Origin: Lama guanicoe
Taxonomy: Eukaryota
Assembly: GCA_013239625.1 (NCBI GenBank)
Contig: MU053376.1
Coordinates: 86,833 to 150,832 of the forward strand
DNA: 64,000 nt
Reading direction: 5' to 3'
Shown here: in pieces, positions 24,271 through 34,156 of the stretch
Layout of the letters: every line of letters begins with the position of its first letter
Position numbering within the stretch: position 1 is the stretch's first letter
Position numbers and translations under genes: made by a program
Notes under the pieces: generated by a model
What the model saw: only the letters and a program-made list of their open reading frames with translations
Told to the model about the DNA's origin: nothing
Database searches by the model: none

Positions 24271-27200
24271 GCAATGGTCAGAGGTAGCCGTCAGCTGATA
24301 CACAGCAGAGTGGCAGCCAGTTGTGTGTGGCTGGCATCTGCCACCTCACCTGATTGTCCCGAGAGTCTCATCTAATTAGTTCCTGCTCATCATTTGGTTG
24401 TTAAATACTTTGAATGTCACTGTTATTATTTAATTATTATTACCACTGAGGGCTCCAGATGTCAAGACCCCACCCCACCCTCAGAATCATACTTCATCCC
24501 ACCCGTTTGCCTGGTCTGGCTCTTTTCTTGGTTGAGGTGGTCCTGCCCCAGTTTCCAAACGGTAGCAGTGATGGAAGTTGGGGTCCCAGGCAGACTGGGG
24601 TGCAGGCTGGCTGCCCCCGGGACTGTTTGGTGAGCATTTTAGATGAAATCAGAGACGGTGATACAGCTCTCCTCCCCTTGCTCCCCTGCCTTTTTGAAAA
24701 GGAGCCAAAGGCAAGAAAAAACAACCACCCATAAATAAAGGAGACCATGAAAATAACAAAAAGAAAGAAGAAATCTTGCTTTTGCGGCAGGCTTGGCTGC
24801 CGATGGGGTAGATAATGGGAGAGGAAACACAGCCTTTGCAGAGAAACAGAACGGGACACTTTGTTTGCTGGAAGAATGAATGCTGCTTGAGCAAGAGCTG
24901 CTCAGTTGGGGTTTCCGATGAGCGAGCTTGTCTTGGGGGAGATGGTGGCGATTAGGTTTCCACAAGGCACAGGTGGCGTCCCACCCAGAACCCCTGGGGT
25001 CGGGGAAGGGGAGGCGATGGGGGAAGTAGCAGACCTGAGCGTGGCGCCCAAAGGTGAGGCCGGTGCATCCGGTCCAGACCTCGGGCCACGGCCACCGTGA
25101 GCCACCTTGTTTCTCCATTGTCTGCTCAAGCTGGGGAGCTGGATGCTTGCACCCCTCTGGAAGCCCCCAGACCTTCTCTCAAGGTGTATCTTTTATGGAG
25201 CCTTAGGGAGGTACATCCCAGGGACTAGAGGATGAGGCCAAGTATATTTGATTATTTGCATGCTGGCTTTCTGGGTGGTAGATTGTTCCCTGTCAACACA
25301 GCCTGGTGGCCTTCTCGGTGACCGGCATTTACCATTTACCCATCTCCATCACTGCTCCGTTTACCCTGCCCCTGCCGTGGGTGCCTGAGGCAGGAAGAGG
25401 GAGAAGAATTAGGGAGGGAATCAGATACCTTTCCTGAGCCCTCGGGGACCCCAGGATGCCCACTTTGAGAGGGGACTGTGGGTTCCCAGATATGTGGAGG
25501 CTGATAGTTGAAATACCTTTAAGAAGGGCCTTCAAAACATTCACCGGCTCAAGGCCGACTGCTCTGGCTGGCAGAAGTTCCCTGGAAGCACAGTCATTCA
25601 TTCGTGTGACCATGATAACAATGCTCAGTGCCAGCCGGCTTTGTGCCAGGCGTTGCGCTAAGTATTTTATATACAAGACTTACTGATTCTCCAGCAACCG
25701 TGACAAGTAGCTATTGTCAGCCCCCTTCACAGATAAAGCATCTGAGGTGTATAGAGGTTAAGTCTTAAGTATCCACCGGGCTCCCACTTAGAGCAGGGTG
25801 GAACTGGTGACTCCACCCACCGCTTGCCCCCCGAGCCCCGGGTTAGGATGCATATTCCCATTACAGCATATGCCCTGGCCCCGGCCTTTCCTGCACTGTG
25901 CTGTTCACTCCTCACAGCCACACTGCTGGGTATATGTTACCATGTTGCGTTTATAGTTAAAGGCAGTGGTAGATTTGGAGAGCTAGTAAGTCCGCCTATC
26001 CATGCTGCTAGTTAGAGACTTGTTGGGGTTTGAAACACCTGCACGTGTCTCCAGAACCAGCGTGTCACCACAGACCCCTAGAGCTTAGTCTGTATGGCTT
26101 AGACTTGTCACCATGCAGAAGCCAAACGCTGCCCAGCCCACACTAGCCTGGGAGGAGGGGTGCCTTGCAAAGATGGGACTTCATCCTGGTGTTCACAGGC
26201 CGTTCCCACTTGTCCGCTTCCCCCTCTGTGGTCCACCTTCCTGCCCCCTCCCGGGGTTGGCCGGGGCCCGCAGGGGTTCGCAGAACAACACTACCTTCTC
26301 GGCTCCGGCTCCGGAGGAAATGAGGCACTTGTGAGGTCTGCAGAATGGTAGTGTCATCAGCCCGGGGACGGGAAGGCCCGACCCAAGGGGTGGACCAGGT
26401 AGGCAGTGGCGCTGAGTATGCAGGGTTTCCTTGGCGAATTTGGGTCCTTTCAGCCTGTCTGCCCTGTGCTGGGCCTGGGTGCCTGGCTCAGTGTGGGCAC
26501 TGGCCAGGGGAGATTTCAGGGTGGCTGGGGACACCCACAGAACATGCAGACAGCCTAAGCAGGGTTGTAAAATGGCACCAAGGAGAGGGGGACCTGCGGG
26601 GCAGGTGAAGGTGGAAGAGGGTGACATGCGTGTTTGGCCCTGCAGGGGTGGGGGAGGTGTCCCCAAAGGTGATAGGAGGATTCAGAGAGCAAACTTTTGA
26701 ACAGACATCACATTCAGCCCTCTCAGTAAATCTATGAGAGGGTTATTATTTGTTCCATTTTAGTGGTGGAGAAACTCAAACTTCCCCATCGTCGCACAGT
26801 AGTACATGCTGGAGCCAGGCTTCGAGCACTGGTCTGGGTGACAATAAAGCCCATTTCTCTTAGCCATGGTGGATGCCTCCCAGCAATGCCAGAAGGTCTC
26901 ACCTACCTGCCCGCCTCTGGAGAGTCAGGGACATGCAGGGCCTGCCGGGGAGGAAGGCAGGGTGGGTGTCTTGCTCGCTGCCAGTAGGTGCTCTGGGGGC
27001 GGGGAGGGAGAGCACCCTTCTCGCTTTAGGTCTCTCTCCCTCTCTCCTTCCCTGAATTGTACCAGGTTCTCCAAACTTGTGCTTACCTTCTAATCACAAA
27101 GTAGGTATTAGAATCTCCATTTTACACATGAAGAAATGAAGGTTTTTAGAGGTTGAATCTTTTCCCCAAGTTCCCCAAGCGGCCTTGGTTTCTCTTGACT

Positions 27201-30076
27201 AATTCTTCCTTGGCCATGACTTATGTCAAAAACAACCAGAATCCTGTGAGCAGCGAAGACAGGGGCAGATCTATCTTTGCTGGTCCAGATCCTCTTATCT
27301 GGGGTGGAGGAGAGTGACCGGAGCATCAGCCGATAGATGAAGAGACATGGGTTTGGGCACCAGTGAGTCCTGGCTTCTCCACTTGGGTGGGACAGAGAAA
27401 TGAGTGGCGAGCCCCTCGCCCAGTGCTCGCAGCCCAGTGGGTGCTCTGCCCTTGCATGCTCCTTTTTGCCTCCTCTCCCTTGTCTTAATGTTCAGGGTTA
27501 TCCCAAAAGGGAGGCCTTTAAAAGGCCAGTCGGGCCTGGCTGCACCATTTCTGCTGTGTGCTGGCTGGGCTGGGCGTTGTTTGTGCAGAAGACAAGACAC
27601 ACAGCCCTGCGCAGGATGCAGGCTTGGACCTGGCCACTGGGAGGTAAGGGCAGGACCGGGGCTGCCTCCTAGCACTGTGGGTGGGCTGCTGATGGGGCTG
27701 GGGAGGGGCTGGAGACAGCATCAGGTCCTGAAGGCAGGAGGGCCCCCAGAGAAAGGGTTTCCTGGAGACCTCGTTTAAGTCTTCGCAGTTTTACCCCAGG
27801 CCAGTGGGGCAGGTACCCATCCCACTGGGACCCTCAACAGCACTTCCCAGCTGTCCCCTCTGTCTCTTCCTGGACTCTCCTCCCGGGCTGAGGGAAGTCT
27901 CAGATGGCGCTGTGGATGGGAACATCGCAGCCTCAGTTTCTCTCCAGCTCCTTCAGTCCTTTGTGCCCTTGGGTTGGGAGTCAGCTGAATCTTGGCAGCT
28001 GCCAAAGCTCTGTCTGCAGCTGGGCTTCTGTGCCAGAGGCACGGAAGAGGCTGCCTCCCCTAGCAGGGTGGGGGTGCAGGAGCTCGGGGGTTCACCGAAC
28101 CTCCGTCTAGCTGGTCTTGGCTGCTGCACCAGGTCACTACGTACTACCTTGACCAGCCCAGAAACAGCCCGGGGGGCTGGGGGGTTTGGCTGTGCCCTCC
28201 TCCCTGAGCTGGGCTAGACCAGACTGGGCCACACCGTGGATCTGATACCCTCAGGGCCCACAGAGGCTGGAGAGGGTGAGGGGGCCTCTCAGGAAAGCTT
28301 TGTTCCAAGCCTGCGGCCAGGCCAGCTCCCAGCTCTGAGTAAACATCGGAGATAGGATGGGGCGTAGCCAGGAAGGGTGGCAGGGTGCGGCCTGGGAGAA
28401 GAATGGCAGGATGTGGCACCGGGGCACCGTTCTGGGCACCCACGCCTTGGGCTATTGTTTAGGGCTGCCTGAGGCTCTCGGCTCTCTGGGGCTTTGAAAG
28501 GAAGTGACATTCCCTTGGGACTCAGGCCCTGCACCTCCCCTGCCACGTGGTTGTCTCCCTGGCAGTGCCCCTCAGCACCACGTCCTCAGGGCCAGCCTGG
28601 AAGAGGGAGTCTCAGCGGACAGGTTCGGTGTGTGCCAGTGGGGAAATGTGTCATTAGCCCTCCCCCGAGGGTCTGCCTGTCTGTCCGGGCTGTTTTCCTG
28701 TACCCCTGGGGCTGAGTCACCCGTCATGCTCCGATGACTGGAATTTATCTCTATCTTTATCTGTATCTAGATATTTTGGGAGGGGCGGCGAGGGGGCTGT
28801 CATTGTGGAAGGAGGAAGATCTGAGAGTCAAAACTCCTTTGATTCCAGTCCAGCTGGGCTGGTTGTTGGCTGATTGGGAGAGGAAGTGGCTGGTGATTTG
28901 TTTTGGGTAGAAGGGGGCTCTGTGTGTGCGCCTAGGGTGGATGGGGCGTCAGGGGGCTGGGTTGGTTGTGGGGAGGAGAAAAGAGATCGCCACCTGTAGT
29001 CTACTTTGTCACATAAGAGCTGTGCTCTGAGGCCCTGGTCCTCTGTGGAGGGCAGGCGTCTCTATGTCTTGTACAAGCACTGGATTTGGGGGCCCCAGGG
29101 CCTCCCAGACATTAGCTCCGAGACTCAAGACTCTGCGGCATCAAGGGTGAGGATGGCCAGAGCCCGGTCCCCCTAGGGCCTTCCCCTTTTATGGATGCTC
29201 AGGTGAGGTGAGGCCAAGGAGGAGAAGGCAGCAGAGGGTCTGTGGGGTAGGCTCCCAAGAAGGGAAGGGAGGGCAGAGCAGGGATGCCGTTCTGTGTCCT
29301 GACTGGTTCAAGGTCCTCTCACTCTATGCTGGGAGCAGTACTGATCAAACAAGCCACAGGAACCAGACCTCTCTGGGCCTCAGTTTATAAAATTTGAGTA
29401 AGGCTGGGTGAGAGGGAGGAAGCTGGGCACATAGAGTCCAACCAGAGTGCCCTGTGGGCTTGTGGCCCTGGGCCAGGACCTGGGGGGACTGGGGGAGCCC
29501 AGCGACTGGCGTCTCCTGTGTACTAAGAGTCTTTGGCTTCTGGGCATCTGGGGAGAGGGGAGGGTGTGGCCGCTCCCCTGAAACCCTCCTGGAAAACCAT
29601 GTGGATACTGAAGCACGGAGCATATTCCGTAGGGAAGGAGTAATGAGGGGATTTTTTTTTAAGTTTCTGGAAAAGGAGAGACTTAAAGGGAAGACTCCAA
29701 CAGGGTCTTTAAATTCAAAAGTTAAGGCAAGTGTTTCTTGCATGTCCTAAGGTGAAAACAAAGGACATGGACTTGCTTTGCTACTGGGAGATTGGGGTCA
29801 CTCACAGGAAGTGCTTAGATGCAAGGAAGAGGCAGCTGAGGATAACATGGCACAGGAGATGGGGCCGTGGGAAACAAACTCCGGAGAGCAACGTCTCTCT
29901 AACAACGATGGTAGCAGCAGCTGGCACTTGATACGCACCCAGGCTGCCTTGTGCTGTGCCGCCAGGGTATACTTTGCCCTCTGAGTGTTGTACAAGCATT
30001 TATTGAGCACCTGCTGTGCTCCAGGTACCGTGCTGGACTCTGGTCACAGTGATGAGCAAAAATAAGCCTGTTTCAA

Positions 30077-30210
30077 GGCGGGGGGTATAGCTCTAGTGGC
30101 AGAGTGCATGCTGAGCACGCAGGAGGTCCTGGGTACAATCCCTGGCACCTGCATCAGAAAATAAATGTATAAGCCTAATTACCACCCCCCTGAAAAGTGA
30201 ATCAAACAAA
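30077..30210 (+). mobile_element. Diverged vic-1-like SINE next to an L2 3' end
   Basis: GGGGGGTATAGCTCTAGTGGCAGAGTGCATGCTGAGCACGCAGGAGGTCCTGGGTACAATCCC...CCTAATTACC; no clear TSD. Confidence 0.82.
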
Positions 30211-30339
30211 CAGACATTCCCACAGTGCCCTGGGCGGGGCTGGGTGGGTTCTCAGGCTACTGGCAAGTCAGAAATAACTTAAATATGTAACATATCATTG
30301 CCAAGTGGGAAGTGTTATTGGAAGGCTCATCCTTTCATA

Positions 30340-30720
30340 TTGGGGAAGTTTATTCCCATTTCACTGAGGAGGAAGCTGGTTCAGAGAAGTTGTCACTTGC
30401 CCAAGGTTGCACAGCAATTAATTAGGCAGACTTGGGATTCAAATAGACGCAGGTCTGTCTGACCCCAGAGACTTTTCTCTCAGCTACCTGGCTCTAGGAG
30501 CATCCTGGGCTGTATGACAACTGAATGGATGCTTGCCCCGTATTATTTAATTTTCAGGGACTCCTGTGAGATATAGGTTATTATCCCCCATTATATGGAT
30601 TAGGAACCTGGGGCTCGGAGTTAATTAACTTGCCCATGGTCACATAAGTCAGCTGGTGGCAGGGCAGGAATTTGAATCCAAGTTATTGAATCCTGAAGCC
30701 TGCACTCTGCATCAAGCCAG
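30340..30720 (-). mobile_element. Two MIR SINE fragments
   Basis: cccatttcactgaggagg...acttgcccaaggttgcacagc; attatccccca...aacttgcccatggtcaca...ggaatttgaatcca. Confidence 0.65.
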
Positions 30721-31102
30721 GCTGTTGCTTCTCCATCAACAAATGGATCCAGAGAGGGGGACCAACAAGAGAGCCAGTGCCCAGAGCCTGAAGTAGAGCC
30801 AGACGCCAGCCAGTGGGAATGAAGGGCCCTTGTCTGGACTGCCAGCAGGACCTGGCAGGGTTATCTGGTGGGTACCACGCCCTAGTGAACAGACTGACAC
30901 CTCCAAGCCAGCTTGGCTGGTCACCAGGAGCCATTTTCTTTGTTACCAGGCGCTGTGCCCAGAGGCCAGGATGAGCCCCTGGGAGCCTCAGGAGGCGGGA
31001 CCCTCAATATGAGGATAATCCCGGTGCCCAGCTGGAGGTGCTCGTGGGGGCTGAGTGTGGGTAGAAAGGCCAGCAAGCTAAAAGGGAGGGGTTCTCCTAG
31101 TG

Positions 31103-31422
31103 CAGCCTGGTCCGACAGAAAGACAATGCAAGCCACATGTATACTTTTAATGTTCCTATTGTGATAAGAAGTGCAGAAAAGAAACAGGTGACACGATTTT
31201 TAACAGTGTATTTGATTTAACCCAATAGTATCCAAAATATTATAATTTCAACATGTAATCAATAACCAATTATTAGTGAGCTGCTTCACATTCTCTTTTT
31301 CATGCTAAGCCTTCCTTCCAAGGCGGGGGTGTCCTTTGCAGTCAGCACGTTTCCTTTGGGACTGACCCTGGTACAGGTGCTCAGTAGCCCTGGGCGAGTG
31401 GCCGGGATACCGGGCATCGCGG
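31103..31422 (+). mobile_element. MER33-like hAT-Charlie DNA transposon
   Basis: cagcctggtccgacagaaagacaatgcaagccacatgt...tatttgatttaacccaatagtatccaaaatattataatttcaacatgtaatcaata...gctcagtagcc matches the remembered MER33 consensus. Confidence 0.75.
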
Positions 31423-32370
31423 TCTCGGGAGCTCATTAGGACAGATCATCACCTCCTCCACCTCCGCCTTCAGCTGGGAGGTGGACAGCGGTCCGCAGCT
31501 CTGGGTCGGCGTCTGGCGCCGGAGGTGGGGGGCTCCCCAGGCCGGTGCCCACCAGGCCTGGCCTTTCCCACCGGCTCCCGGCTCCCGGCTCCCGTCACCG
31601 TGCCCCCTGCGGCGGCCTCCGGGCTCTCCGGGCTGCAGAGGGAGGACAGGCTTTGAGGTAGGAGCTGGAAGGCCACGAAGTTGAGACCGCGTGGAGGAGA
31701 GAGCCCTCAGGACCCCAGCCCCGGGCGAGGTGGCAAACCCGGCGGCCTGCCCGGCGCGGTGGGTGTGGGCCCGCGGCGCGGAGCCGGCCGGGATCAGAAG
31801 CCCACAGGCCCGCATTGTTCGCCCGTCACACTTCCTTTGGCTTTATTGCCTTTGTCCAACACCCTATTGTCTGGTTTCCTTTTGTCCCCCTTTCAGTGCT
31901 GCTGTCTTTTATTTTCCAGCCAGCCTGGTTGTTTTCATTTCTTTTGTCTGAAGTTCCTGAGAGGAAGGTTTTATTTTCAGCGGTTTGATTAATTCACAGC
32001 TTGAGCCCCGGGTTTGTTTGTTATGTAATTGCTGCCCTCAGCTCCAGGATCAGACCCCTCCCCGCCTCCCCCTCCCCCGCGCACTGCCCTCAGCTCCAGG
32101 ATAATACCCCTCCCCGGCTCCCCCTCCCCCGCGCCCGGCCCCCCTGCTCCGCCCGGCTCTGCCCCCCTCCCGGGGCCCGGATGGGCCGAGCCGCCCGCTT
32201 CCTGGCCGCCCTCCAGGTCCCTGGGTGGTGGGAGGGGACCCAGAGCTGCACCTTGAAGCCGCAGGGCAGCCGGGCTGGGGTCTCCTTTCTTCCTGTGCTG
32301 ATGTTCTCACCTCACCCTGCATCGCCCTGTCCCGGGGGCACCCCCGCCAGACCCCCAGGGCACCCTGCCC
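31420..32370. promoter_or_regulatory. Intronic CpG island with AT-rich motif-dense core (candidate enhancer or alternative promoter)
   Basis: CpG-rich flanks 31420-31825 and 32050-32370 around a T-rich core with multiple SOX-type motifs. Confidence 0.6.
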
Positions 32371-32683
32371 TTTGAAAGTCTGGTCTGATGTGTAGGATGG
32401 CATCAAATCAAACACATACATCTCGACTCGAATGGTGTTTCAGTTATTTCACGTAAAATACTGGACGCGGATTGTGTACAGCTGTTTACACCTGCTGTCC
32501 ACGGCCCTCTGCATCACTCATTGTACATTACCAGAAACATTTTCTTACACAGAATTGCTGTAATGTGCAAATACAACACTGCACCTGCAGTTAAGGGATG
32601 TCTTACTGTATCTAAGTTTTGCCCAACACTCCCCTCCTAAAAATTTAATGCCCGTGTAAACATTTTTTCAAAAATTTTTATTT

Positions 32684-32860
32684 AATGATGCTTCTCAAAC
32701 TAGTATATATCAGAATTACCTGGAGCGCTTGTTAAAAGAGACCCACTGCCTCACCCACAGAAATTCTGATTTGTGGGTGACCAGTGACTTTATTTCTCAG
32801 GCAAGCCCCCTGGGCTCTGCTGAGGCTGTGGTCCTTGTGCTGCATGCCAGCCAGCAGTGG
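32684..32860. mobile_element. MER5A-like hAT DNA transposon
   Basis: ttctcaaact...atcagaattacctggagcgcttgttaaaa...agaaattctgatt. Confidence 0.6.
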
Positions 32861-33958
32861 TTTCACAGAGGCCACCGCGACGCTTCCTGGTACCACGCGC
32901 TGTTCTAAACACCACGTAAATATTAATTCATGGCCCTCCCGCCGCCCATTTTACAGATGAGGAAGCAGGTGTGGAGAGGTTAAGTAACTTGCCCAAGGTC
33001 ATGTGGCAGCTGGTGGAGCAGCTGAGGGAAGACCCCTGCCTACTAAGGACCTGCTGTGTGTCCGCACTGGTCTTCCATGACTTTGGAGGGTGAGCAGGTG
33101 CGCTCTGGGCCGTGCACCTGGTGTGACCACTGAGAACTTCTCCCCAGGATCCTGCTCAGCTGCTCAGCCATCCCGGGCGGTGGGTGTCAGCAGCGAGAGG
33201 CAGCACGCGCTGTCCTGTTCACACCAGGGACTGCAGATGCCTGAGGGGCCAGACTCCAATTGAGAGACGCTAGCTAGACAGAAGAAAATAGCTTTCTTAA
33301 AGCCACTCATCTCTCGGCTTGTTTTTTCCCTCACTTTTGGCTGACAGATGCATGGAGATAGGAGCTAGTTCACTTTTACCTTCCCTCTGCTGTGAGAAAA
33401 ACAAAGACTAAATGTATTATATAAGGTAGTTGATATTTGGTTTTCCTTTCGGGGAGTAGGAGGGAGTGGAGGAGAGTAGGCAGACTGTGCATAAGGAGTG
33501 ACTGCTACCCAGTTCCAGCCAATTATTGCCACAGACCAACTTCAGGAGAGGTTCAAATCCAGTTATGTGATACCTCTTGAGCTTTTAAATTTCGGTAACT
33601 AATTATCAATACGTACGTACACAACATACACAGACACATAGTGTATATGTAATCTTGGCTTTACTGGGTTCCAGAGCAGCCGGTTAACAATCTCCAGCCT
33701 TCTCAGGTGGCCCCATCAGCCCCCTCTGCCAGCATTGCAACAGGCAGGCTGTGGCGAAATTCGGCCCAGCCTTCTCTAGACTTTTCTAAAAAAAAAATAG
33801 GGACAAGAATCTTTTCTAGTTTGCCACAGTGGGTTCCGAATGAAAGCTTGCCTTTTGCAGGAGTGAACCTGTTTAGAGTGGGCGACCGGATGGCTGAGGC
33901 ACTGCCTCTGGGGCTCAGGTCCCAGCTCACTCACTCTGCGCCCCCCACCCCCTGCAGG

Positions 33959-34156
33959 ATGTCCATGAGGAGCCCCGGCTCTGCCCAGCTGGCCCTGGAT
34001 GACGCTGGCACCATGGTGAACTGTACTGTCAAGTCAGAGGGAAAGAAGGAGCCCTGCCACGAAGCCCCCCAGGGCTCGGCCACCGCAGCCGAGCCCCAGC
34101 CCGGAGACCCAGCCCGGGTCCCCCAGGATGGCGCTGACCCTCAAGCTCCAGCCCAG
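33959..34156 (+). CDS. SOX13: SOX13 exon 2 (first coding exon), MSMRSP...PQAPAQ
   Basis: Acceptor cctgcag|G at 33957, ATG at 33959; in-frame donor CAG|gtgccc at 34157 (weak, but it keeps frame with exon 3). Confidence 0.88.
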
